Origin: an uncultured Planctomycetota bacterium
Lineage (GTDB): Bacteria > Planctomycetota > Phycisphaerae > Sedimentisphaerales > Anaerobacaceae
Direction: 5' to 3'
Assembly: GCA_963827315.1 (NCBI GenBank)
Contig: CAWHAL010000004.1
Coordinates: 221,829 to 285,828 of the forward strand
Length of the DNA: 64,000 bases
The notes below the pieces were generated by a model. It was given only the letters and a program-made list of their open reading frames with translations. It was not told the DNA's origin and searched no databases. Positions 47,812 through 57,717 of this stretch are shown in pieces; the stretch's first letter is position 1, and each line of letters opens with the position of its first letter. The translations under genes were made by a program, and so were the position numbers.

Positions 47812-50385
47812 AAGGGTTCTGGCTACCTCAATAATTTCATAGAAGTCAAGGACATCGTCAATTTTGACATCGTCAAATTTAGCCAGTTTTATGCCGCATT
47901 CAAGTCCGGCCTTGACCTCTCGGGCGTCATCTTTGAAGTGCCTCAGCGAATCTATCGACAAACCATCTCTGGTTACTATATTGTCGCGTATCAGTCGGAC
48001 TTTCGCATTTTTAGTTACCGAGCCGTCGCTGACGAAACAGCCTGCGACGGTACCAACTTTTGAGACTTTGAAGGTATTTCTGACCACAGCTCTGCCGACC
48101 GTCTTCTCCTGCTTCTCGGGTTCCAGTAAACCTGCCATAGACTTCCGCAAATCTTCGGTTATGCGGTAGATTATGGTGTAGAGCCGGATGTCCACGCCTT
48201 TGACTTCGGCGAGTTTCGATACGTGCTCTTCGGTGACGACATTGAAGCCGATAATAATCGCATTGGAAGCTTCGGCAAGCAGGCAATCACCTTCTGTGAT
48301 TCCGCCGACAGCTGCGTGCAGAACCTTGATTTTTACCTCGTCGGTGCTCAGTTCGGATAAATATTTCGTCAAGACATCAACCGAACCCTGTGCGTCGGCT
48401 TTGATAATTATATTCAGCTCCTTGATATTGCCAGCCTCAATCTGGGCGAACAGATTGTCGAGTGTTATCTGCGTTCTTTTGGCAAGTGTGCTTTCTCTCG
48501 AACGTATTTTACTTTCTTCAGCGGCATCTTTGGCCTTATTGATGTCGTCGAGGCAATAAAATCTGTCACCTGCCTGGGGGACATCGCTAAGGCCTGTAAT
48601 CTCGACAGGCATAGAACTGGCGGCGACTTTTACGTTTTGGCCGTAGCTGTTACTTAGAGTTTTAACTCTGCCGTAGGTGGCTCCTGCCAGAACCACATTG
48701 CCTTTTGTCAATTGGCCCTCTTTGACCAGCAACGTCGCCACGGGACCTCGCTGTGATGACATCTTTGCCTCGACGACCCATCCTGTTGCCGGGATTGTGT
48801 CGTCGGCCTTGAGCTCAAGCAGCTCAGCGACATAATCGAGATGCTCAAGCAGCGCATCAATACCTTCACCTGTAACAGCGCTTGTCTTGACAACTTCGGT
48901 CTGGCCGCCCCATTCAGCCGGTGTCAATCCGTGTTCGGACAACTGTGAGTAAACACGGTTGTAATTGCAGCCGGGCAGGTCGATTTTATTTAAAGCCACT
49001 ATGACAGGCACATTGGCTGCCTGGGCGTGATGTATGGCCTCTATTGTCTGCGGCATTACGCCGTCGTCGGCAGCCACAACGAGCACCACCACGTCCGTCA
49101 TATTCGCGCCACGAGCTCGCATAGCAGTGAAAGCCTCGTGTCCCGGCGTGTCGAGGAAAGTTACCGTGTGTCCGCCGATAGTAGTCTGATACGCACCGAT
49201 ATGCTGAGTAATGCCGCCGGCTTCGCTGGCTGCTACCTGAGTCGAACGAATTCTGTCGAGCAGACTGGTCTTGCCATGATCAACGTGGCCCAGCATCGTA
49301 GCGACGACGGGACGCTTCTGGAGGTTCTTACGCTCGCACCGGTCGAATTCGCTTTGTATCTGCTCCTGCAGGTTTTTCCTGTGCTCTACCACTAATTCAG
49401 TGCCGAAATCCAAGGCGAGCAGTTCGGCAGCATCTGAACCTATGGTCTGATTGGCTGAGGCCATTATACCCTGCTGCATCAGTTTGGTGATGAGCTCAGG
49501 CGATTTGACCGCTAAGGCAGCAGCCAAATCCTTGACGGTAATTGGCTCATTTATGGTGACCTTTGCCGGCCGCGCAGTGGTAACTGCCGCCTGCATCGAT
49601 TTGGCGGCGATTTTCCGTATGGGTCTTAGTCTGATGCGTTCGCCAACAGCAGCATCAAGCCGGGCCCGCCTTTCCTCCATATCTTTTTGCCGGCGTTGAC
49701 TGGCGAATCTAAGTCTTTTCGCAACTTCCGTATCCGGGTCGTATCGTCGGCGACCGTGCGTTCGTTCACCATGCCATTCGGGAGCGCCTTTTTTGCGTTT
49801 TGCTGCAGTCGCAGTAAGTTGCTCCTCGTCCAGCTCATCAGGAAACAAAGGTTCGGTAACAGGAACACCGTACTTCGCCCTTGGTTTTGGTCTTGGGGGA
49901 GGTTTTAACGGTTCCGGTGCTTCAACTCTGACAATCTGAGGACCAGATAATTGGGCAGGCTCCGGTTTTTCCAGCATCGGGCCTGCGGGTACTATTGGCT
50001 CCGGTTTCGGCTTCTCGGGTTTTTCCGCTTTATGTGGTTTTATTATTGTTGGCTTTTCTTCGGTCGCGGCGGCAGCTTCTGTGGCAGGCTCAGCAGCAAC
50101 CTCTGTGGGCTCATCTTTCTTTTTCTCTTTAGCTTTTTTTGGCGGATGTTCTTTCGCTGGTTTTTTCTTGATTCGCGCCTTGCTCAGGTCGACCTTCTCT
50201 GTCGTCTCAACCGTTGTGATGTTATCGCCTTCGCTGAACCATTCACGAATAGTTGCCGCCAGGCCGGCCGATATCACCGACATATGGTTTTTGACGTCCA
50301 GACCCTCGTCGCGACACTTTTTGATGATGGCGGAGCTTTTTACACCAAGCTCGTTTGACAAAATATAGACCCTTGTGGTGGCCAT
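47809..50385 (-). CDS. infB: translation initiation factor IF-2
   Basis: G domain ([26 protein letters not shown]), a Pro/Lys/Glu-rich N-terminal region, and C-terminal domains. Confidence 0.95.
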   Translation of the reverse strand: MATTRVYILSNELGVKSSAIIKKCRDEGLDVKNHMSVISAGLAATIREWFSEGDNITTVETTEKVDLSKARIKKKPAKEHPPKKAKEKKKDEPTEVAAEPATEAAAATEEKPTIIKPHKAEKPEKPKPEPIVPAGPMLEKPEPAQLSGPQIVRVEAPEPLKPPPRPKPRAKYGVPVTEPLFPDELDEEQLTATAAKRKKGAPEWHGERTHGRRRYDPDTEVAKRLRFASQRRQKDMEERRARLDAAVGERIRLRPIRKIAAKSMQAAVTTARPAKVTINEPITVKDLAAALAVKSPELITKLMQQGIMASANQTIGSDAAELLALDFGTELVVEHRKNLQEQIQSEFDRCERKNLQKRPVVATMLGHVDHGKTSLLDRIRSTQVAASEAGGITQHIGAYQTTIGGHTVTFLDTPGHEAFTAMRARGANMTDVVVLVVAADDGVMPQTIEAIHHAQAANVPVIVALNKIDLPGCNYNRVYSQLSEHGLTPAEWGGQTEVVKTSAVTGEGIDALLEHLDYVAELLELKADDTIPATGWVVEAKMSSQRGPVATLLVKEGQLTKGNVVLAGATYGRVKTLSNSYGQNVKVAASSMPVEITGLSDVPQAGDRFYCLDDINKAKDAAEESKIRSRESTLAKRTQITLDNLFAQIEAGNIKELNIIIKADAQGSVDVLTKYLSELSTDEVKIKVLHAAVGGITEGDCLLAEASNAIIIGFNVVTEEHVSKLAEVKGVDIRLYTIIYRITEDLRKSMAGLLEPEKQEKTVGRAVVRNTFKVSKVGTVAGCFVSDGSVTKNAKVRLIRDNIVTRDGLSIDSLRHFKDDAREVKAGLECGIKLAKFDDVKIDDVLDFYEIIEVARTL

Positions 50386-50425
50386 AAAATTTATATCTCG
50401 TATCGTGGGACCTGCTTTGTGGCGG

Positions 50426-51655
50426 TCACGCTTCTGCCCGCTCGTTATCCGTTGTCTGTGTCTCCTGTTTCAACACATCTTGGGCCTGGCTTTTCTCTGC
50501 CTCAGCAGCCAGACGTTCCGCCTGTTCCGTCGCTGCGACGACAAGCTGCCCAGCGATGTCCGCTTCGATGTTTAGTTCGCTGATAAGCGGCTCTGTCCCG
50601 ACGTCCTCAATATCCAAAACAGATATGATGCCTAATGCTATGAGCTTGTCCACGGTCGTGTCGTCAGCGGTTTTTACACTTTTGACGCAACTTGCCAATA
50701 ATTCAATGCCCTGATTGTACTCATCAGGTGTCAGTATATCGATGTCCCAGCCTGTCAACCTTGCGGCAAGTCGTACATTCTGGCCATGCTTGCCGATGGC
50801 CAGGCTCAGCTGGTCTTCGTCGACTACCACCGTTGCTCGTCCCAATTCAAAACACAGCGCAATCTCGCTTGCTTTTGCCGGCATCAGTGCATTGGCGACA
50901 AATACCTGGGAAGAATCGCTCCAGCGCACAATGTCTATTTTTTCGCCGCCGAGCTCATCGACGACATTCTTTATTCTGCTGCCTCGCACACCGACACATG
51001 CGCCGACGGGGTCAACCTTGTCATCGAGCGAAGCAACGGCGGCCTTCGTCCGATAGCCCGCTTCCCGAGCCAACGCTCTTATTTCAATAATGTTCTCGGC
51101 GATTTCCGGCACTTCCATCTCGAAGAGCCTGCGAATAAAATCGGGATGTGTGCGGGAGAGGATAATCTTCACCTGGCTTGCGACCTCTTTGACGTCAAGA
51201 ATCAGGCACCGAATTCTCTCACCTGGTCGATGAGTTTGGCCCATTATCTGCTCGGCCTTCGGCATAAATCCCTCGGTGCGATGGTCTAAATTGACGATGA
51301 GAGTCCCACCTTCGTATCGCACCACCGAGCCGCTTATAATCTCACCCTTTCGCTGCACGAACTCAGCATAGATACTGTCCCTCTCATCAGCCTTTATTTT
51401 CTGTATCATTACCTGTTTGGCCGTTTGAGCGGGGATTCGGCCAAGCTGCTTTATGTCGATTTGCTCATTGTCCTTAAGCGCTGTAACCTCTCCGGTAGTG
51501 CGGTCGATACGTACGACTATCTCGCTGTCAGGCTCTCCAAAATGCTTTCTGACCGCTGAGACCATAGCCTCTTCCAGGTCGACAAATATGGATTCTCTGT
51601 CGATGTTTTTGTCGTGAGCAATGTTGTCGACAATCCTTATTAATTCCTGGCTCAT
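50426..51655 (-). CDS. nusA: transcription termination/antitermination factor NusA
   Basis: S1 and KH domains (GEIISGSVVRYEGGTLIVNL, VGACVGVRGSRIKNV, AIGKHGQNVRLAARLTG). Start set at MSQELIRIVDNIAHDKNI. Confidence 0.9.
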   Translation of the reverse strand: MSQELIRIVDNIAHDKNIDRESIFVDLEEAMVSAVRKHFGEPDSEIVVRIDRTTGEVTALKDNEQIDIKQLGRIPAQTAKQVMIQKIKADERDSIYAEFVQRKGEIISGSVVRYEGGTLIVNLDHRTEGFMPKAEQIMGQTHRPGERIRCLILDVKEVASQVKIILSRTHPDFIRRLFEMEVPEIAENIIEIRALAREAGYRTKAAVASLDDKVDPVGACVGVRGSRIKNVVDELGGEKIDIVRWSDSSQVFVANALMPAKASEIALCFELGRATVVVDEDQLSLAIGKHGQNVRLAARLTGWDIDILTPDEYNQGIELLASCVKSVKTADDTTVDKLIALGIISVLDIEDVGTEPLISELNIEADIAGQLVVAATEQAERLAAEAEKSQAQDVLKQETQTTDNERAEA

Positions 51656-51701
51656 TACCTTTTTTCCCTTTCCTGCATAGCACCGCGAAGAGCTTCGGGA
51701 C

Positions 51702-51731
51702 AAAAAAAGTGGAAACTTCTACAGTTTCCAC
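51702..51731 (-). terminator. intrinsic terminator/attenuator 47 nt upstream of the nusA start
   Basis: On the minus strand: GTGGAAAC-TGTAGAA-GTTTCCAC followed by TTTTTTT. Confidence 0.6.
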
Positions 51732-51985
51732 CTCAGCGAAAAACGCACACGATGATGTAGCTCATTCCTATACTACATCAGTAGCCTCCCATAGCAAGCA
51801 AACTCACTCGTTTCCCGGCACCGAAGCAGAAACATCGATTCACAAGCCACCATTTGCGCAGAAGCATGGCCGAATAGACAATTTATCCGGTCAGTCTGCA
51901 CTGTTCGCCAGTCCTGTCAAAATCATCTCAAGTTCCCTTAATTCGGCTTTGGTAGCACTCTTGCTAAATCCTTATAACAAGGGTC

Positions 51986-52013
51986 ATTATAGTTAAATCG
52001 TTCTGCCTGTCAA
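51986..52013 (-). promoter_or_regulatory. consensus sigma70-type promoter directed toward nusA
   Basis: Minus strand reads TTGACA-N16-TATAAT exactly. Confidence 0.5.
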
Positions 52014-52292
52014 TGATAATAACTTTTTTGCCGAATTTACTTGATTTTTGCTTAACTTCACTGTGGGAAATAGACTTGAGGCTAAAGGACCTCTCCTGGT
52101 TCGCAAATGTCCGATAAAACAAGGTTTTTGACCTGCAGAAAGGGGTTTATCGTGTATCTAAGCTGGTTGTCTCTGTGTGGTGTTTTTTCTCATAGTCTGG
52201 GGCGAATTTGGTCAATCTCACGAGATTTCCTTTGCCCAATAGTCCGGTGCGGCGCAAATCTATATTATCACCGACAGAGAAGCGCAAAAACT

Positions 52293-53030
52293 TTAGTTGG
52301 CAACCGGGGCCAGACGGACGGTCAGTTTTTCCGGTGTAAGCGTTATCTTTTCGACCCGCACTTTTTTTTCTTCGCCGCCGAGCATGTCCTTGATTTCAAA
52401 GACGGGGTCAAACGGTTTGTCACTGAACAGTGAGGCAGCTATTTGCGCCCCTAAATCGTGGGGGTCAGACTCTACAGCGGCAAGCCTTTCGGTGTACATA
52501 CTTCTGGCAACAGCCATGATAACAGAGGTGATATTCATAGCGCCAGCCTTGATTTTCGAGACTCGGAGGTTCAATAGCCCGCGTTCGTCAAGCGAAGGAT
52601 TTAATTCAATGGTTATGACCACTTGCACGCTTCTTAGGACAGCCGTTCCCATCAGCACAATTGTATCCGGCAAAAAAAGCACCTCAGGCGCGGAAAATAC
52701 GATTCCACGGTAGCGTTTCGGCCATTTAGCCCGGGAAGTGGCATCGTTTATTCCTTTCTGGGTGACCACCAAATCGAATGGCTCGGTCCCCTGGGCGCCG
52801 TTGTAGAGTTGAGGCAGTAATTCGTGCGTCAGATATTTGCTGACCTGTCCGGTGTAATCAATGTCGAGAGGGTTGTACCTCGCTGGTTTGTGCAGAAACA
52901 GAAGATATAACAATGAAACGAGGATAACCACTACCGCTATCAATTTTATAGCGAGCGAACGTTTGCTTTTTGGGGCCGAAGAATCGGCGTCGGTAGGCTG
53001 CTGTGGTTTTGTCTCTTTAATAATTTTCAA
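52293..53030 (-). CDS. hypothetical membrane-anchored protein
   Basis: 245-aa ORF with one N-terminal TM helix (LAIKLIAVVVILVSLLYLLFL). No family recognised. Confidence 0.5.
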   Translation of the reverse strand: MKIIKETKPQQPTDADSSAPKSKRSLAIKLIAVVVILVSLLYLLFLHKPARYNPLDIDYTGQVSKYLTHELLPQLYNGAQGTEPFDLVVTQKGINDATSRAKWPKRYRGIVFSAPEVLFLPDTIVLMGTAVLRSVQVVITIELNPSLDERGLLNLRVSKIKAGAMNITSVIMAVARSMYTERLAAVESDPHDLGAQIAASLFSDKPFDPVFEIKDMLGGEEKKVRVEKITLTPEKLTVRLAPVAN

Positions 53031-53160
53031 ATCCTCACAAATATTCGAATTCGGTCTTGCTCAAAGCCACAAACATAATTATTATAACGATTCTGCTGCT
53101 TATTAAAAAGACTTTTCGGGTGTTTGCTGACAGGTAGGAAAGTAGAAAGGGCTAAAGACG

Positions 53161-54111
53161 GTGGCAAGTCATTTTGCGGATAGGCTTTGTGAGGCGGTAA
53201 AGGCCAGGAAAACACCTTTGGTTGTCGGCCTGGATCCTCTTTACGGTCGGCTGCCGGCGGCGATAAAAGGCCATCGGGATATGAATGACGAGTTTGACGC
53301 AGCGGCAGCGGTAGATGCGATTTTCGACTTTTGCACTCAGACGATGAGAATCATCGCACCGATGGTTCCAGCCGTAAAAATAAATATCGCCTTTTTTGAA
53401 AAGTATCTCTGGGAAGGGGTGGAAACTTATTACGCGTTGGTTTCTGAGGCGGATGCTCTGGGCCTTGAGGTAATCGGGGATGTGAAGCGAGGCGACATAG
53501 GCCATACCGCCGAGCTTTATGCCTCCGCTCATCTGGAAAATCCGGAATTGGTTGGCTTGGAAGACACGCTCACCCCTGATGCTATTACCATCAACGGCTT
53601 TGCAGGAGTCGAATCGATAGAGCCGTTTGTACGAGTCGCTGACCAGCAGGGCAAAGGCGTCTTTGTTTGGGTCCGCTCGAGCAATCCCACAGCGGCGCCG
53701 ATTCAGGATTTTGCCGGCGCAGACGGCCAAATGATGTACGAGAAACTCGCTGAAATCGTCGCGCAAATTGCCAATAAACCGGAACATGTCGGCAAAAATG
53801 GCTACAGCAACGTCGGAATGGTGGTTGGTGGTACCGCGCCACACGTCACAACAGCACTACGTCAAAAGTACGATAAAGTATGGTTTCTCGTGCCGGGCTA
53901 CGGCTCACAGGGCGCTTCCGCTACAGACTGCGTCCGCTTCTGCAAACCGGACGGCACGGGAGCACTGATTAACGCCTCACGTTCAGTTATCTACGCCTAT
54001 GAAAAGCCAAGGTACAAGGAACAGTTCGGCGACGACTGGGGAAGATGTATCGAGCAGGCGGTCATCGATGCAAAAATTGACCTGGCGAACGCGATGCAGA
54101 CCTTGATTTGA
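53161..54111 (+). CDS. pyrF: orotidine 5'-phosphate decarboxylase, type 2
   Basis: PLVVGLDP, DVKRGDIGHTA, and a long-form length of 316 aa. GTG start. Confidence 0.85.
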   Translation: MASHFADRLCEAVKARKTPLVVGLDPLYGRLPAAIKGHRDMNDEFDAAAAVDAIFDFCTQTMRIIAPMVPAVKINIAFFEKYLWEGVETYYALVSEADALGLEVIGDVKRGDIGHTAELYASAHLENPELVGLEDTLTPDAITINGFAGVESIEPFVRVADQQGKGVFVWVRSSNPTAAPIQDFAGADGQMMYEKLAEIVAQIANKPEHVGKNGYSNVGMVVGGTAPHVTTALRQKYDKVWFLVPGYGSQGASATDCVRFCKPDGTGALINASRSVIYAYEKPRYKEQFGDDWGRCIEQAVIDAKIDLANAMQTLI

Positions 54112-54214
54112 TATAATGGTACAAATACTTAGGTTTTGGTCGCAAGACCTCGGTGAAGACCATTAACTTTTTTGTACCATACTGTGAGCAGTGATTTCGG
54201 CGGGAAACAGAGTG

Positions 54215-55645
54215 ATGGTTAGTCATGCGGAATACCAAACACAAAGAAGGTTAAAGCCAGACACAATCAGGGACAGGGGATACTTCGCCGGTAAAAAAGT
54301 TCTGGTTATGGGCCTGGGGCGGTTCGGCGGCGGCGTTGATGTCGCCAAGTTTGCCGCCGGCGCCGGCGCAAAGGTAATAGTAACAGATATTGCTGCCGCC
54401 GAGCGGTTAAGCGGTTCACTAAAGCAGTTGGAAGGATTAAATAACGTAGAATATCACCTCGGCTCACATATCGCCGGTGATTTTGAGCGGGCCGATATTA
54501 TCGTAGTCAATCCTGCTGTGCCTGCCGATAATGAATTTCTGGAGATTGCCCGCCGAAACAACAAACTTATCACTTCGCAGGTGAATATTTTTTTTGAACT
54601 GTGCGCCGCAACGATAATCGGCATAACAGGAGCCAACGGCAAAAGCACGACAGCAGCACTCACAGCGCATTTGCTCAGAAGTACGAGAAGCGAGATACGA
54701 GATACGAGAAACGAAAACGTCTGGCTGAGCGGCAACATCGGCGACCAGCCGTTGCTGATGGTAGCGGACCAGATTGGCCCTGATGACCTCGTTGTATTAG
54801 AACTGTCGAGTTTTCAGCTTGAGCAGTTGGCTCAAATTCAAAAGGTGCCGCAGGTTGCCTTGCTGACAAACCTTACGCCGAACCACCTTGACCGTTACGG
54901 AACGTTCGCCAGTTACTGCCGGGCCAAAGAAAATATATTCAAATACCAGAAGCCGAACGGGAAATCGCTGCCGGTTTCGTTTTTTAACGTCGAAGATAAG
55001 ATAGGGGCCGAATGGTTTGAAAAATACAGCAAAGATAAGAGGAGAACTTGTCTGAAGTTTTCTGCTGATGATGTAAGTGGAGAAATTCGTTCTTGTTTCA
55101 CACTGCTTGGCCGGGCCAATCTTTCAAACCTTGCCGCTGCAGTTGCCGTCGCGAAGTACTTCGGCGCGGATGAGGAGGCGATAAAGAATTGTCTGCTTGG
55201 ATTCAAGCCGCTGCCGCACAGACTCGAGTTGATATCGCAGATAAACGGCGTATCCTGGTATGACGATTCCAAAGCCACCACACCCGACAGCGCAATCGCT
55301 GCGCTGGAGGCATTCGAACAGCCGATAATAATAATAGCCGGCGGATACGATAAGAATATATCATTCGACAAGTTTGGCGAAGAAGTTGCCCATAAGGCAA
55401 AGGCGGCGGTTCTGATTGGGCAAACCAGAGAAAAAATCGCGGCGGCGATACGGTCGAGCCGGGCAGATGTTCTAACGGTTGAGTTTGCCCAATCACTGGC
55501 CGAGGCTGTGGGGCTGGCCGAGCGGCTGAGCACACCCGGTGACGTCGTTTTGCTCAGCCCAGCTTGCGCCAGCTTCGATATGTTTGAAAACTTTCAGCAG
55601 CGGGGCCGGGTATTTCGCGAGTTGGTCCGAAAAATCAGCGGTTAA
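54215..55645 (+). CDS. murD: UDP-N-acetylmuramoylalanine--D-glutamate ligase
   Basis: VLVMGLGRFGGG, P-loop GITGANGKSTT, GNIG, LPHRLE, and the Mur ligase C-domain. Start set at ATG 54215 (the ORF track GTG is 54191). Confidence 0.9.
   Translation: MVSHAEYQTQRRLKPDTIRDRGYFAGKKVLVMGLGRFGGGVDVAKFAAGAGAKVIVTDIAAAERLSGSLKQLEGLNNVEYHLGSHIAGDFERADIIVVNPAVPADNEFLEIARRNNKLITSQVNIFFELCAATIIGITGANGKSTTAALTAHLLRSTRSEIRDTRNENVWLSGNIGDQPLLMVADQIGPDDLVVLELSSFQLEQLAQIQKVPQVALLTNLTPNHLDRYGTFASYCRAKENIFKYQKPNGKSLPVSFFNVEDKIGAEWFEKYSKDKRRTCLKFSADDVSGEIRSCFTLLGRANLSNLAAAVAVAKYFGADEEAIKNCLLGFKPLPHRLELISQINGVSWYDDSKATTPDSAIAALEAFEQPIIIIAGGYDKNISFDKFGEEVAHKAKAAVLIGQTREKIAAAIRSSRADVLTVEFAQSLAEAVGLAERLSTPGDVVLLSPACASFDMFENFQQRGRVFRELVRKISG
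54685..54719. repeat. heptad tract (GAGATAC family) inside murD
   Basis: GAGAAGC GAGATAC GAGATAC GAGAAAC GAAAACG, which encodes most of the RSEIRDTRNEN segment. Confidence 0.8.
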
Positions 55646-55800
55646 TTATGGTGATATAGCCATACAAAACTCCAGAGGTTGTAAAAAAACCTGACTGGTA
55701 AGCGATTCAGGCGGCGGTTTTTCTGCAATGTTTCGTAAAGGAACTCGTCCGATTTGCCGATTTTGTAGTGTAAAGGCAAACGAAATTTGGGGCAAAAGTG

Positions 55801-56190
55801 ATGGACAGCAGGCACGAGCAAAGAGGAGAGCGAAGGCTACGTTATCACTGGCCAATCTGGTTCGCCGAGGACTTCGACGAAACACTCTCACAGGGACAAA
55901 TGGTCGATGTTTCCAGCGTTGGTGCGTCATTTACGTGCTGCGCTGGTGTAAATTGTCCGTCTCCGGGCCGACGGGTGACCAGCCGCTTTAGTGTCCCTCG
56001 CTTTTGCTCAGACGAATCATTCGATTTGGCGAGTTTCACGCGGACAGGCTCTGTTTGCCGCGTCGATGAGGTCAGCGAATTTCTCCGTCGTGTCGCGGTT
56101 CAGTTTGCAGAACCCCTGCCCTTTAGACCCGGTGAACAGGTCGCCAACGAATCTGAAATGCAGCAAAGGCTAAAGGCTGTGACAATATAG
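55801..56190 (+). CDS. PilZ domain protein
   Basis: RGERR (RxxxR) and DVSSVG (DxSxxG). Confidence 0.7.
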   Translation: MDSRHEQRGERRLRYHWPIWFAEDFDETLSQGQMVDVSSVGASFTCCAGVNCPSPGRRVTSRFSVPRFCSDESFDLASFTRTGSVCRVDEVSEFLRRVAVQFAEPLPFRPGEQVANESEMQQRLKAVTI

Positions 56191-56341
56191 TCCCTGCAAT
56201 TGGGGGAAAAGCCCAAAAACAATTTTCTGATTGTCAGCATCTGCGCCAAATGCGCAAAAACCTGTAAACTTCCAAAGCACCGTCACTTTTTTGCCGATGG
56301 TTGAATTGCAGGTTTGAAGAAAGATTTGCAGGATAGGAAAG

Positions 56342-57013
56342 ATGACTTCGCCGGAAATCGAGAACTTAATAGCGGAGGCGATTGATAACAGGCCGATGGT
56401 GACAGACGCCCCTATGAATCTCTATATTCACAACGGCAGATTGATTTGCGGAGCGCGGATAGTCATGCCTGAAGATGCTGTTTTTATTGCACACGTTCCG
56501 GCGGACCGGCTTGAAAACGGATTCAGCGAGAGAGAGTGGAAACTGATTGTGGAAAAAATAGAGAATGTTTTGGCAAAAGCGGAATCTGCAGCTGTCGCTG
56601 GGCTGCCGACAGATGCGGCGATATCTGAGCCTCAGACAGGGGTGGAGACCGGGCAGGAAAAACCCGAAGAGCGAAGAAGCGAGCAAAGGCTGTGTTATTA
56701 CCGTCCAATATGGTTTTCAGAAGACTTCGATAAGGGACCGCTGCAGGGCCAGATGGTCGACATCAGTAGCCGTGGTATGGCGTTTACCTGCGACAGTGGT
56801 GAGCCTTATATTTGCCCAGGCCGGCGGGTAACTACCCGGTTCAGTGTCCCCCGCTTTGATTTGGGCAGGTCCCCTGAGATAATGGGTTTCGAGCGCACCG
56901 GCTGCGTTTGCCGGGTCGATGATTCAAACGGAGTTTCACGCCGTGTTGCGCTCCAGTTTGCAGAACCTCTGCCTTTCAAACCAGGTGAGCAATCGCACAG
57001 CGTCCCGGACTGA
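56342..57013 (+). CDS. PilZ domain protein with N-terminal extension (paralog of the upstream gene)
   Basis: RSEQR and DISSRG. The C-terminal ~110 aa are colinear with the preceding gene (VALQFAEPLPFKPGEQ versus VAVQFAEPLPFRPGEQ). Confidence 0.7.
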   Translation: MTSPEIENLIAEAIDNRPMVTDAPMNLYIHNGRLICGARIVMPEDAVFIAHVPADRLENGFSEREWKLIVEKIENVLAKAESAAVAGLPTDAAISEPQTGVETGQEKPEERRSEQRLCYYRPIWFSEDFDKGPLQGQMVDISSRGMAFTCDSGEPYICPGRRVTTRFSVPRFDLGRSPEIMGFERTGCVCRVDDSNGVSRRVALQFAEPLPFKPGEQSHSVPD

Positions 57014-57093
57014 AAACGAACATTAAACTGTTTGTGGGCGCTTTTTTAAGTTTTTTGGTTTTCAATTCGCTGCAGTTCTTTTAATATAATCCC

Positions 57094-57636
57094 ATGCTCA
57101 AAAAAGGACTTGTTCAGATTTATACCGGCGACGGCAAGGGTAAAACGACCGCGGCTTTCGGCTTTGCGCTTTGCGCAGCAGGTCAGGGCAATAAAGTCCT
57201 GATTTACCAGTTCCTAAAATCTCCTTCGCTTGATATCGGTGAGCGTTTCGCCCTGAAGCTGGGCGCAGTCAGAATCATGGTCGAGGCACTCGATATCGAA
57301 TGGGATATGGCCAAATCCTTCGAGGATGAAAAATTAGTCGCCCAAACCAAGGCGGCAATCAAGGAAGCTCTTGGGAGAATCGCCGAAACAGCCGAGAAAA
57401 GGTTCTACGATTGTATCATACTCGATGAGATTGTGTTTTGTCTCTCAAAAGGCTTGGCCGAGCTGAAAGACATCAAAAATCTTATTGAAAGACGAGACCC
57501 CGCAGTCGAGATTGTCCTGACCGGCAGAGGGGCAACAAAGGAATTGATGGAGATGGCAGATTTAGTAACGGAAATGAAAAATATAAAGCACCCGTTCGAC
57601 AAGGGAATCAGTGCAAGGAGAGGAATAGAGTTTTAG
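57094..57636 (+). CDS. cobO: cob(I)yrinic acid a,c-diamide adenosyltransferase (CobO/BtuR family)
   Basis: GLVQIYTGDGKGKTTAAFG, ILDEI, VLTGRGA, MKNIKHPFDKGISARRGIEF. Confidence 0.85.
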   Translation: MLKKGLVQIYTGDGKGKTTAAFGFALCAAGQGNKVLIYQFLKSPSLDIGERFALKLGAVRIMVEALDIEWDMAKSFEDEKLVAQTKAAIKEALGRIAETAEKRFYDCIILDEIVFCLSKGLAELKDIKNLIERRDPAVEIVLTGRGATKELMEMADLVTEMKNIKHPFDKGISARRGIEF

Positions 57637-57717
57637 CCCTTTTCACAATGTCAATTTTTGTGAAGAGATGAATCGGCGAATATATAAAATAAAAATCTTG
57701 TTACGGAGGGTTAAATT

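Noticed and set aside
51732-51985. Known housekeeping RNA (tmRNA, RNase P, SRP/4.5S, 6S) or tRNA upstream of nusA
   Set aside because: By eye I could not find the diagnostic motifs: the GGGGCUGA 5' end with a tRNA-like 3' end, GAGGAAAGUCC, the SRP GGAA/AGCA domain IV, or T-loop GGTTCGAAT. The interval is kept only as an unassigned leader or sRNA candidate.
54913-55533. 206-aa minus-strand ORF inside murD
   Set aside because: It is antisense to a frame with full Mur ligase motifs. It is Ser/Ala-rich and low-complexity.
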